Assembly (NCBI GenBank): GCA_030141605.1
Contig: JAQGDQ010000124.1
Coordinates: 186,001-250,000 of the forward strand
Reading direction: 5' to 3'
Length of the DNA: 64,000 nucleotides
From: Tubiluchus corallicola
Taxonomy: Eukaryota > Animalia > Priapulida
Numbering within the stretch: the stretch's first letter is position 1; every line of letters begins with the position of its first letter. Below are positions 1 through 12,890 of this stretch, one piece after another. The position numbers and the translations under genes were made by a program. Under the pieces are notes generated by a model that worked only from the letters and a program-made list of their open reading frames with translations, did not search any database and had not been told where the DNA came from.

Positions 1-805
1 AATCATTGCTTGACTACGTGCGATATCTTAAGGTGCTTTGTGAAAAAACATAATGCAAGTTTGGATCAGAGGCATAACATTCATGTAGGTGTTTTTCATT
101 ATGTAATCGAAGCATTGTCATAATTCATTTATTTTGATTTCTCCATGCTTCATCCCATATAAATCTGTATTATCAGGGCAGGAACCAGGAAGAACATGAT
201 TTTATCAAAAGTTCGCATTCATACATTGAAAACTGATACAAGGTCTACGTGTAAAATGTTAGAAAAGCATCGCAACTGCATCATTTAAACCCACGCAGGC
301 ATCAGATCATAATTCTTTTTAATCGCTTGTTTCTTGTTAGTTTCTTTTTGTGTTGGAAAACTATTGGGGCAATAATTGAAAATGGTTAATTAGCGTAAGC
401 ACCTATCTGTTCGTCCGGTATCTGTAAGACGAACGTATTGCCAGGTTGGTGGGGATCAACCGTGCAGTTTCTTGCTCAACTGAAGTGTCGAAGTTTCTCA
501 GATATTTCGTCATTGGTATCGGAAACCACACTGATTTCAAAAATCCATCAATGCAAAAATGGGTAAATAATTACTTACTACGTTGGACAATCACATAAAT
601 TTCTTACTCAAAATGATTAAATAAAAAATGTTATTATAAAATAGTGTATAGGCTAATAATAAATTTCACGAAAATAAGCAAAAAGTAGTAAACGCAAACT
701 CTACATTTCTCGTAAATTCAGGCTAACACTGCACTCTTATGTGCCGAATCCATTTAACCAATTATAAATTTTCTTAATGCCAAGTGACTTCGCGTACTAA
801 TTGGT

Positions 806-982
806 CACAATACTCGTTTTTCTGCTCCTGTTACCCTGTATACCTCTAGATTCAGAACAGTTGCTCATAAATCAGTTTTGCCACGGGTTTCTTATTTGTG
901 GAATTCCGTACCTGAAAACCACAGTCTCATTCGATTCAAGAAGTTGTTCAACAAATGCCTTCTACCACTGGCAAATTATTAA
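806..982 (+). mobile_element. Degenerate 3' end of a CR1/L2-type LINE ORF2
   Basis: A frame not in the ORF track reads HNTRFSAPVTLYTSRFRTVAHKSVLPRVSYLWNSVPENHSLIRFKKLF. This matches the H-x-NTR...R...LWNxLP...SLxxFKKxL pattern at ORF2 C-termini. Confidence 0.65.
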
Positions 983-2037
983 TGTGAAGTCTATATTTTT
1001 GGACATGTATTCATATTTATCATTTTCTGTTGAGTCCCTTTTCTGAGTGGTTGATCCACTTGTTTGGGTTATTTGTGCAAAGAAATGTTTGGCACAACAA
1101 CAAATACAATACTTAATGAATGCATGCAAAACCTAACGGCTGGGCGCACTCGTTGTGGCAGGACCGGAATCTGTCTCATGAGCACAGATAATCCATTAGG
1201 ATAATACAGCAGACTAGAGGAGATATAGTTCAGGTATGTAAACATTTTTAATCGCAGATTAATAGCAGCATGCAGCTTAAAAACGCCTCTTCCATTTGGT
1301 AATCCTGGTCATTTTCCTGACAATCACCCATTCACTTACTAATCAGGTCCAGTATTACAGCAAAAGGTCTAAGTTTTAAATTGTCTTGTCAATGACAGAG
1401 ATACATACCATACATTACATCTAGAGCCATTTATTTCATTTTTAAAGCAGTTTTTGTATTTGCAAAAATTTTACACATTATTGCAATATAAAAAGTAAAT
1501 CCAACAGTTTTATTTTATCAAAGTTAAAACTTTTTGCTGTGAGATCTAAAGGCCTGGGTTTAGCTGAGAATCAAATATTTCTTTAGGCCGAGTAATATAC
1601 GATTTCCATTGAAATTTAGATCTTAACTCTAATAAAGATTGCAAATTTGCTGAGCTGGATTAAAAATTCATTTCATTCATTTGTCTCGCTGCAAATACCT
1701 AAAAATGAAGCTGCCCCAATGTTATCTTTAAATAATGATACCCTTGACAATGAATCAGGAAATTGCAGCCCCCCATAAAATTTCACACGTAAGAATATTA
1801 AAGAAACTAATTTTGAGATTGTAATTTTATTAGTTTGGAGCTTTCATACCACAATGCAGAAAATGGTGGAAAAGAGGCAAGGTATTTAATACCTGCCGAG
1901 ATGTTCACTTTCATAGGTCACAGTACATTGAACACGCTGAATATATTAAAGCATGATAATCAGAAAAGTAATTCACAGTTCACAGGAGAGACTACAAATA
2001 GCATTAAAACAACAATCCAGGCAAACTTTATGATTTA

Positions 2038-2392
2038 CAGTCCAGTGGTCATCAACATCATTATATTGTGCCTTAATACAGTGAAATCACGGGCCACTTT
2101 TGCATAGATGTAATTGTGGTTTTGTGCAGTCCAGCGGTCATCAACATCATTATATCGTGCCTTAATACAGTGAAATCACGACCACTTTTGCATAGATGTA
2201 ATTGTGGACTTGTGCAGTCCAGCGGTCATCAACATCATTATATTGTGCCTTAATACAGTCAAATCACGGCCACTTTCGCATAGATGTAATTGTGGTCTTG
2301 TGCAGTCCAGTGGTCATCAACATCATTATATTGTGCCTTAATACAGTCAAAGCACGGCCACTTTTGCATAGATGTAATTGTGGTCTTGTGCA
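2038..2392. repeat. Tandem repeat, 4 copies of an 88-89 bp unit
   Basis: The unit CAGTCCAG(C/T)GGTCATCAACATCATTATATTGTGCCTTAATACAG...GATGTAATTGTGGTCTTGTG starts at 2038, 2127, 2215 and 2303, with only a few substitutions between copies. Confidence 0.97.
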
Positions 2393-3228
2393 TTATGATA
2401 TGGGCAGTTCCATTGCTGGTACTGAGTGGTTTGCAAACTTGTGTTTCGTGAGGAAAATGCAGAACGTTTATTTACTGTAAAAATTTATTACAAGAACCAG
2501 AAAACCAACAGATGTACATGTACGCCACTTGTGTGACCGAACAAGTAACTGTATCAGTATGTGTATACAGTAATTAAAGCACACGTGACTAAGTTTATAA
2601 ACTTCCATTACGTGTAGTATGGATCATGTTCAACAGCAGGAAGAAACAAACAAAATTCTATCATATGAAGATACCGTATACAACAAGATCAAAAGATCAG
2701 TGCATTGTTGACAAACAAGCAAGGTTTTACAAAACAAAGTACTAGAAGACGTCATAAACTACTTCTCACATTCTATTGAGCACTCATGTTGATAAAAATG
2801 ATGGCAAAATCAATGATGTTTTATTACTTCTAAATACTTAAGATAATAACCAACGGTGGGAACCATTAGAATTATGAACATCACCACACTATGTAAAATT
2901 TTATACAAATACTGACATTTTATACACTTTGTACAATCGTAGTCATCAACTTATAGTCAACACTGTTTTCAAGATTAGAAAAAGCAATTCTATGAAAAGG
3001 ACTGAAAACCAAGAAATAAAGTTATTACATATTACAAGCATGGCATATCACATCTGCTTACTGACGACCAGAAGGAAACTGTGAAAACTTAGAACTTCCT
3101 CGTATAAACTGTAAGACCAACCGTTGCAACGAATTCATTCAACATTGTTTTTACAAAAATCGTATTAAAGGAACAGTACGTTTATTTCTTTCACACAGGT
3201 GAAGATTTCCTTACACGTGGATATCCTA

Positions 3229-6200
3229 TCAAAGTTCATCCTTTTCCTTTGTGTCGTCCAGATCATCTAGCTCCACATCACTTAGATCAATGTCATCTTC
3301 TGCTGGTAGCTATGAAAATAAAATCGGAATATACTGAAAATTACATCAAACGCATTAGTACAATTAATGGGGCCAGATAGGCAGTCGTAGTGAACTAAAA
3401 CATGGTTACACACTGGCTAAGAGTAAATTATTAACACTGTTTAAATGCAGGAAATGGATTTTTTTATTGAACAACGGTGTCATTCGGAAAACAACAGAAA
3501 GCCACTGTTTAGTATGTTTAACAGTAGTATGGTTTTAGAATGCAAATGCATATAATTCCAGTATCATGTGTATTTCAACTGGCAAGCCTGATTTGTTTCC
3601 AAGAAAATTACAAGAAAACAAAAATTTTATAAATCTGAATTAATGCAAATACAATGTGTTTCTTACCTCACCATCTTTACCATCCCATGGTTCTGTAGAT
3701 TCTATAGTTGGTAACGTTGCTCCTTTAACTGGTGCCGTTGACCCTCGACCGACTGATAATTCTCTGCAAAATCAAATCTAATCATATAAAATGATTTCAC
3801 AACACTGTAAAAGGACAAAGACACCTATTTACAGTCACTGGGACAACAGACAACATTAGCCATAGGCTACTATAAGCTACTCTTAACGAATACAACAACA
3901 CTGAGATGCCACAAATAAATAACAGAGATAACAACTGTTTGCGCCAATGCAGGTGGTAGTGAGATTCGAACTCGGGCTGTAAGCAAAGGTGCACCCACAT
4001 GTTACCTTAACCACTTAACCACCCGTATTTTCTAAAATCAATTTTAAGTGAATTTGGTTTTGAGAAAATTGCTTCAGGGCTAAATACCAATAAAATGAGG
4101 CTGCCTTACACTCAGACATGGCAACAACATTACAAACAAACAAAAAAGACACACAGGACTCTATTACAAGGTAAAATTGGCTGTATCATAATTATAATCG
4201 AAGGGAACATTCAACGACTCTACGCTAAATAAAATCCAATAAGAATTAAGTAACCTACCTTAAGAATTCGTGAATTCCAGTTTCACTAAATGCTCCTTTT
4301 AATATAGCGTATTTCATTTTTCTAGCATTTACAGCAGCCATCGCCTACAAATAAATTACACAGTTATTCGGAACACTACAGCAGACTGACGTTACTAATT
4401 GGATATACACATTAGACATCCAATTTCTCTAACACAAGGCAAGAAAAATAGCGAAATGATCATAGTGCTTGGCTGCAAAGTTAAAACAATGCCAGCTCTG
4501 GTTAGTAAATGGAAAGGTAACCGCCAGAAAAATATCTTCTGTGTAGTTTTAACTGCCGTGTCGCCTCTCCTGTTTATTTCTCTGAGGAGGATATAACACA
4601 TCTGAATGGAGAAAAGACACCTGCAATTTTTCAACATCAGGACTCGAGCACAACTCAATTAATTAATTATACAAAACTAATTATAGTTCACATTTCCTTC
4701 TATTTTTTTTAAACAAATTAATTTTAAATTGCTCTCTGTTTCTATAAATTCATCCGTGAGTGTCACCACAGTTGGTGTGCATACACACACAACGTCTTAC
4801 ATGTAGGATGAACTGCTTGAATATACGGGTCCAACTTGCGTCCAATCAACTCCACCAACTGATTGTGGTTCGTAAGTCTACGCGATTATCTGTATAGTTA
4901 TCAATTAACTTAGTACATCAATTCATTGATCCATTAATACTTACAGGGTAACCAAAGCCTCCAATACCTAGAGCTTCTTCAAGATTTGGTTGTGCAGCTG
5001 CTTCTGCCCAAACCCACCTGTAAAGTTTGAAAAATGCAGTAGTAACTAACATTAAAAGTTATAAATTTGTGTACTTACTGAAGCATTTTCATTAAAAGTT
5101 TTATAACGAATATATCGACAATGCAATATTTTGTCCACACTCATGAGTCCTGCTCATGGCCTATGATAAGCACATCAGCGATCAAATTTTACCATTTAAA
5201 AGTTATCATACTAGACTTAGGTGTTGTCTACACATTCAAAACAACAATAGTATACATATGTTTGTTCAGTTCTGATTTCAGGCTGCTAATGACCAGATCC
5301 TCATACATTATGGCATGTTCAGATTTTCTCTCTGACAGCAAACTCTTTACTGGACACTATTCAAAAGTTGCTGAGAGTTGATTTCTTGTGAGTTACTGCC
5401 TAATGCCTTGGCGAGTTACTCTGAGCATTTCTCACAGTGAATGGCAAAGGGAGAGTCAGCAAACGCTTACTATCTGGAGAGTAACTTGCAGCAAGTTTTG
5501 CTCTCTACCCTAAACACGCAAGTTACTTTGCCAGCTAACTTGACAAGAGAACTCGCGAGTTTGAACTCGTGCCATTATGTTATCAAAACTTGATAATCTT
5601 GATTTGTTATTTGTCTTTATTGTAACAGATTATTCACTGTTTACTTGTAATACTTCATGCACACGACTTGCACAATTTTCGAGTTTTGAAAAATCAAAGT
5701 TCTCTATGTAATGCAACAATTCAATTAGATCTGGGTTTGAGGCAGAGGAAAGAAAATTTCATGCTTTTCCATTTATCTACGCTTACATGCAAAGTTTACA
5801 AATTGAACTTATTTTGCCCCAAGTATGAACCACTACTAAATTTTTAATTCATCTGCTTGCAATGCAACAGTTTACTGTTTATAACAATCGCATAAGGGAC
5901 TCTTTAATATCATATTTATCACATGAATCATGGATTGACGTTACGGCCATAGATGATGCTAATCTCTCATTTAATATGTTTCAAGATAAATCTATTAATA
6001 ACACTTCTTTTATTTTTGGCTTATATCAACGATATAAAAACAATTTCACTTGTCCAAATATTATTCAGTTTGCTGATGACACCACACTCTTTTTTCAATT
6101 TCAATCAGTTCAGCATTACTAACATGAACAATAGTTTAACAGACATTTCTAACTGGTTTAAAGACAACAAATTATCTCTTAATACCACTAAAACTAAGTA

Positions 6201-9200
6201 CATTCTATTTCGATCCAAAAATAAACCAATTCCTTTGAATTGTAGTCTTTATATTGATGGCCTTCCTATAGAACGTGTTCAGTCTACCAGATTTTTAGGC
6301 GTAGTTCTGCATGAACATGTTGACTGGAACTTTCGTATAAAAATTATTAATCTAAAAATAGCTAAAAATATAGGTATTATGCCGCATATTAAAAACAATT
6401 TGTCCAAATCACATTTACTTGCTCTTTATTATTCTTTAGTCTATCCTTATTTAAATTATGCTAGTTCCCTTTGGGGAGCTACATACATGACAAATCTTCA
6501 TTCTTTACGTTGTCTTCAAAGAAAATTTCTTTGCTTATATTTGGGATTAAATAAATTCACTCCAGTATTTAATTATTTCTTTAAACAACGTAATATTTTG
6601 TCTGTTGACAACATAGTGTTTCATAACATTGCGATTTTTGTGTATAAAACAACTAGAAAATTAATGCCCAAGTTATGCTTCACAATACGATTTAATCAAC
6701 ACTTTCTTCCATACGTCCGTATGAATGTTGCTAAGCATTTCATTTCCTTTACAGAGCTATTAATTTGTAACTATCTCCCTAATCATATAAATCAGAACAT
6801 AATATTTTCAAATATAAAAAAGCCTCAAACTCTTCATTATGGACCACAATCCAAACATTTATAACCTGCAATGTTTCATATTACACTCACAGAAAAACAA
6901 GAATGGACTATACTCCATAACAAGAAAACCTAAAAGAAACTTTTTAGGTGGGTGGACATAATATGATTCCATTCACCATTTGCGATTGTATTTGCCTTGC
7001 TGATTTATTTATATTTATTACATTTTTATGCGAACCTAATTTTAAATTTTTTTATTCTCATTTTCATATTACATCTTCATGTCCTTTCACTTTTCATACT
7101 CCTTTTCCTCCCATTAACCACCTTTTATTCTTGCGCCTACACTTTTCTTTCAGCTTGCCATATTGGGCCTGACCTTTACAAGTTTTCTTTTTGGACAGCC
7201 CCCAATAATCCATTAATCAACTTTATTATTTACAGCTTGCTCACTTTTAGTTTTGTATTTTCACCATATTTATGTATTGTTGTAATGGAAAAAGGAATAA
7301 ACTAAACTAAACTAAAACTAAAATGCTGTAAAATATATAATTTTGAGGCATGCTTAGTCCCACTAAAATTGTTAAAATGACAAAATTTTCCAAAATCGTG
7401 GTAAAATCAAACATTTTCTGTGAATAAATTACATACCCCCACATTTGTCTCTTGTAGCGGTTTCCCAGCTCTCTGAGTGTGTCTATGTATTTATTACGGC
7501 ATTCTGACTGACAGTCTAATATATGTGGAAGAACTGACACAATGCAGAGTGGGTGCTTTTCACAGTTTTCTCTTAAAACTTCTTGACTTGTTACCTATGA
7601 TAAAAAATTACAGACCCTAAAATACACGTTACTTAAATGTTACACACTGAGTGCACTCAAAAATTCAATGATTTCAACTAATAATAACTCAAGCTATTCT
7701 GCAAAATACCCTTTTTCAGTATCATTTAATCTCTCAAAATAATTTATCGAATCGTATAAAAACAAAAGCACTAAAATCGGTCGATATTTAAGAAAAGATC
7801 GAAATTTAATATATCGACGAATACTAAAATTATGTTAAACATAGTGGCATCCAATGTCTAATATCGGATAACACTAGCAAAAATGTACAATTTAAACATC
7901 CTACTCGTTTAAGTGTTCTAAGTGTAGTCTAGAACTACAAGCTGACTCATCATTAGCATCACATCACCTCTTTAATATTAATGCCGAGTAACTAGTATCC
8001 TCAAAAAAGAACAATCTGCACTTAGTTTGCAGACTTTACCTGCACAACTTCTGGGGGTGGTAGGTTTAATGCAAGTTTATCATTTGCCCAACTAATTATA
8101 TCATCAGCAGTACGACCACCATCGTAATCCATTGGTCCATCCTTCTTTCCCGTTGGAAACATTTTGATAGTAGGAAATCCTTTAACCTGAAAATGGCGTC
8201 ATTTCAAAAATAAACCTTCAACAATGCTAATAAAGCATTTGAAACCACAGCTACCAATTAAAATAATAGGAATTAAAGTCAGCAAGTAAGGGTTTTGCAA
8301 GTACAGTCTTATCACTGTCCAAAAAGAGACAGACATTTATAACAGTATCAATGCTGTAATAAAAGTAACAAAACAAACATCTTACTCAAAGCAAGCTGTA
8401 AACAATCATTTTACAGGTTTTATATTGTGCACAAATGTAGTGAAGTTTCATGGTACGACATCATGACTGCCACATTTAATCAGAATTATAATAAATGAGA
8501 ACTCATTGGTTTGACGGCTCAGTCAGTTCAGTTGACTTTTATATCTCAGTCACGTTTGTCTGCGTTTCCTCACTCTTTCTTTAATACCTCTGCCCCTAAT
8601 TAAACCAAACTTGCATAGCGAGGGATTGAGCTCTAGTTACGCATTGAAAAATTTAGTTGCTGGGTTAATGAGAGATGCCTAGCAACAGTAGAAAATGGTA
8701 CTTTTCTGGTTTCAAATTCTATCTTCTCCAAAACTACTGAAGACAAAATTCAGTACTACGGTACCTCTGATAATTATCTATAAGATAATTAAGCGAAAGT
8801 TAGGAATTTTATAATATGATCACCATAGTGGCATTATAATTACTTCTGGACCGAGTTGAGCTGTCAAACCACTATCAATCAACCGGTTTATTGGTTTCAA
8901 AGTTTAGCAGTCTGATTACATCCACTAAATGGCAAAACAGCACTTATTGCAAAATAAAAGAAATTCAAATACCCCATATCTACTAGAATAAACTTGATGT
9001 GCAGTTGCATCCACTGCTCCTATTTTCACTTTGTCCTTTAGCTCTCGAGCTGCCCTAGCCCAATGAGGTGCCAAATTTTTGCAGTGTCCACACCAGGGAG
9101 CGTGGAAAGCTACAATCCACATGTCCTCACTTTCCAAGACCTCTTCTTCAAAATTAGAGTCTGTCAATTCGATAACGTCATCTGCCTCAAAGCCTTTGCT

Positions 9201-12200
9201 GTCACCCTACACAAAAAATGGCAAATTATTAAAAAACGATGTCAGAAAATGTAACAATTGTAACAGAAAAATGTAGAGAAAATAGTGCAAATGGTCACCT
9301 GACAATGCAATAATACAGTTTAACTGCTCAGTATAAAACAAAAAAGAAAAACACATTCACTGCTATACTGACTTGAAGTAAAACAACATATTTGTAACAG
9401 ATAAACATTCCACCAAACAACTGCCAGAATAACAAAACATACAGCGGAACCACTGCCACCTCCACCACCTCGACTGCTGCCACCTCCTCCTCCGCCAAGT
9501 CGGCTCTGTACCAATCTCTTCACTTGATTCAAACCTTCGTCAACAATACCTTGTGCAGATCGTGCCCCTAAAAACAAAATAAAGCATTTTTTTATTTACA
9601 GATCTAGTAAACTATAAAAAGCAAGTTGAAGTATTCTACAGCTTAGTAGCAATCTTCAACAAATAAAGAACAGAATACGAGTGTAAATTTTCTGGAACAA
9701 AGAATTCCAAGAAACATATTTCATTCATTTTTAGCTGGAGTAATTGCACAATAATTAATTACAGGCTAGATCTCCCAACTTCTAAAATCAAAATCAAATT
9801 TGCCACATGGTGATCCTTTTCCCACCACTATTAGGTTATTCTGTAGCAAATTTTCCCCACCAGTACTACCCACCGGGATACCTAGATTTGTTGGCCCGAC
9901 CTTGAGAAAGAACTTCAAGAATGCGAAAAATTTGGACACAGACTGTGCAAATACTCCTATTTCATAATAACCACTTCAATGGGGATTACGAAGCATAAAG
10001 TGAAGTTGAATGGTACCAAGTGTGCATATACCTTGATAATCTGATGGTTTCGTTTTATCACGGCCAAACACTTTGATAGTTGGGAAGCCTTTTACGTTAT
10101 ATGGTCCACCCAACGAACCATGTTCATCCATATTTACTGCTCCAACTTTCACAATACCCTGCAACAGTCAAAATCATATGCTGTCAGATTTTTCTCAACT
10201 TTAGCAGCAGTATAAGCAAAAACAACGAAAAAGAACAAAATTAATATACATATGCTATACTGTACACTTTGAAATTAAATATGGTAAAACCCAACTGAAC
10301 AAGGTACCTTTAATGCTGTAGCTGCTTTTGCCCATTCCGGTGCTAAGTTTTTGCAGTGCCCACACCTACAGAAATAACATGGTAAAACAATGATGAGAAG
10401 AAGTCTACGTGTTACAAAATGTAAAATAGAAATAAAACACAGATGGTAAGTCAATTGACAAAAATTCTCAATGCATACACTACCATGGAGCATAAAATTC
10501 CACAAGCCAAACTGCATCGCTGTCAATAACCTTGTAGTTGAAATTTGCAGAAGTTAGTTCAATTACATCAGAATTGCTGTCATACAGGGAACAATGTCCT
10601 GTAGCCAATATCGCGAATAAGATACCTGTAAACGACAGAGATCATTTTCAATATTTAGGTTACAAAAGAACTAACTTTGTGTATACTAATACATAGCAAC
10701 AAAACAGATGTACACTCAATCATTCATGTCTCGGTTTGCCAAACCTCGCTTTTACAGATATCGGAAAATTCGGACAAAATCTGGTCCGTTAAAAGTCTCG
10801 CATAATACGGACACAGTCTGTTCTTTCGCGAGCTCACCGCTAGTTGGTGGGCTGTCACTTTGTTTACATCACGTACATCAGTGTAACCACACGTGTGTCT
10901 CTATGTATAAAAATATGGAATCAATTATGCGGAGTTATTTGAGTCAATTGCCGACAGTTTTTATATACTTTTGCAGAGAAGCATACTATATGTTTCTGAG
11001 ACAATTAGGCGATTGATTCTACATTACCGTGAGTCTTATACACGGCGTCTAATGTATTAGCTAGTATCGCTAAATATGTACAGAATAAACGGCACACTCT
11101 CATAATCCAGGCACCTACTGATTTCTGCCAAGTGTGGGATAAATTGAACATATCATGGCAAAGTAAATTGTAATATAAATTTAACCTTTTAAACTGGCTT
11201 TTCGCTCAACATTTTGTGCAATTAAACAAATTTGATTTAAAATAAAATGCGAAATAAAAATATTATAGCATCCAGTCAGATGTTTTGCCCATTGCCTCCA
11301 TTAATCTAAATAAACTCTCTATATAATTATTCAATTTATATCTAGCAAACCCTTCGACTACATTTTAATAGGAACAACCACATCTTTGCCAGACAATGAG
11401 CGAGTCTCATAAAAAATTGTCTGCGAGGACAAAACATTGAAAATGAGGTGTGAAGAGTATGAAGACATTTAAACTCACCATTATTGATTCAACGGCTACA
11501 TGTAAATTACTTTAATAAACATAAGCTTCAATAGACATATTTCTAGAAACAAACAGGCTCTATACGACTTGCAACAGTTTAATTATTTATTCAGGTTAGA
11601 GTTTATTCACGACTGTCTGGTGTTTCAATAATTTATATTTTATATAACAATAAGCCTAAAAAATATGCATATTTCAGATTTGTTCCCTTTCGATATGTTT
11701 CCTACGGTAATCTTTGTTGCGTTTTTACACTATGGATATAGGTAGCCATTTAATTTTATTTTTTATATTTTTGTCATGTGACTCATGACGAGTCACATGT
11801 CATGTGTGTCATGGTCAATGCAAATAATCCAAATATTTTACCAGATTATCAGCTCTTATCTTGATGAATTCTTCACTTTTTTGCACAAGTTTACTAAAAA
11901 TGTCATTTTTTTATCTAATTTATAAAATATAACTATGCGTCTGTGTTTTTTTTTAGTTCAAATGAATAAACCAGCATATGAACACAGACCATTCAGCCAA
12001 TTTTAGATTTGTCATATGGCTGAATTAATGTTATACAGACCTCCCAACTCTAACGCATCAGCCGTGTATCAAGTCTTTCACACGTGCACCTGCATCAAAT
12101 TTCAGTTCGCACGCATTCCACAACTTCGCGCGCAAGTTTGCAAATCACCATGTTTGAATGGCTTCCTTTGCTACCGTACCAAGCACAACATGTATAATTA

Positions 12201-12890
12201 TATACTAATAGTACTCGCAATAATACAGTCGCCCTCATGAATCTCACGATGTATATTACACTAAAGGGTATTACGATTATTGAAAATTAAGCACTTTTGA
12301 GTGCTATATTTGATCAAGCCTTTTTCATGTTTACAAAAGAACATAATTATTTATATATAAAGCATGGTGAACTCCAATAGCAGGATAAGAAAGCAATCTG
12401 GCACCTTAAAATTACATTAATTTTTTTTGCCTAAGTTTTTCTAATTGATATCCAAAAAAAGCAAAAATTTCCGAGGCATAATTTGCTCTCCTCCACTGCC
12501 GACCCCTGCCAGGGGCAAGATGAGCCCCGGGCCTTTCTATGTTTCACACCCATTTTTACTTAAAATGAGTTGTCAAATGGTTGGCAGCTCTGCATGGTAC
12601 CTGGAGAGTGCCAAATAAAGAGATTAAAAACAAGTACTGAAGTAGATCTAAGCTATATTACGCTATAAAAATCTATATGTGACTTTCAGTAGCATTAAAT
12701 CTTGGATGGCATCTAATTTCGTACAAATTTCTTGTGCACCCAATTAAACTTATTAATATTATTATTAACTGCAATTTCGCTACTGATCGAAACGGTACGT
12801 GGTACAAGAAACAAAATTTAAAAATTATTACAAAAAAGTTATGTAAATTTATTTTCTCATAAATGTCTTACCTATCCACTTGAGTGGCAT
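3229..12890 (-). CDS. PDIA6: Protein disulfide-isomerase A6 (P5/ERp5), 12 coding exons, 448 aa
   Basis: Exons in transcription order: 12890-12872, 10625-10484, 10365-10308, 10158-10032, 9567-9443, 9206-8973, 8186-8040, 7594-7437, 5017-4945, 4344-4259, 3763-3667, 3309-3229. All introns are GT-AG, phases match, total 1347 nt. The protein has a signal peptide ([19 protein letters not shown]), a-domain [12 protein letters not shown]...GFPTIK, a Gly-rich linker, a'-domain APWCGHCK...GFPTIK...YDGGRT, then [35 protein letters not shown], an acidic tail and KDEL-stop. This a-a'-b layout is diagnostic of PDIA6. Confidence 0.97.
3950..4028 (-). mobile_element. tRNA-derived SINE head / tRNA pseudogene in PDIA6 intron 10
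   Basis: Minus strand has an A-box TGGTTAAGTGG (4021-4011) and a B-box GTTCGAATC (3971-3963) at tRNA-like spacing; no intact cloverleaf. Confidence 0.55.
5990..7324 (+). mobile_element. 5'-truncated, frameshifted CR1/L2-group LINE (RT C-terminus, 3'UTR and tail) in PDIA6 intron 8, antisense to the gene
   Basis: [10 protein letters not shown] (one frame) -> [11 protein letters not shown] (other frame, 6069-6080) -> [19 protein letters not shown]...RFLGVVL...[18 protein letters not shown]...LQRK. There is a 3'UTR stem-loop at 7161-7207 and AATAAA running into an (ACTAA)n tail at 7296-7324. Confidence 0.9.
8504..8874. mobile_element. Non-autonomous TIR element (MITE, hAT-like ends) in PDIA6 intron 6
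   Basis: Left end CATTGGTTTGACGGCTCAGTCAGTTCAG versus reverse complement of the right end TAGTGGTTTGACAGCTCAACTCGGTCCAG; no clear TSD. Confidence 0.6.
12036..12592. mobile_element. Putative hAT-like MITE in PDIA6 intron 1
   Basis: Left CAGACCTCCCAAC versus right-end reverse complement CAGAGCTGCCAAC (11/13); internal GC patch CCCCTGCCAGGGG; TSD degenerate. Confidence 0.5.

Noticed and set aside
2038-2392. CRISPR-like array, or miR-124-related sequence (GTGCCTTAA in every unit)
   Set aside because: The units are contiguous with no unique spacers and the DNA is eukaryotic. The miR-124 seed match is on the strand opposite to PDIA6 and there is no pre-miRNA hairpin.
3226-3231. TGA followed by TAG after KDEL as a selenocysteine or readthrough signal
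   Set aside because: KDEL must be terminal and no SECIS was evident; this is simply a tandem stop.
5953-6864. 303-aa ORF as a host gene
   Set aside because: It is a frameshifted LINE RT fragment; the catalytic FADD lies in a different frame.
11474-11540. Candidate PDIA6 first exon ending ATG|GTGAG
   Set aside because: The ATG is in the wrong phase for exon 2 and the correct phase has an upstream TGA. The 19-nt exon at 12890-12872 fits phase and signal peptide.
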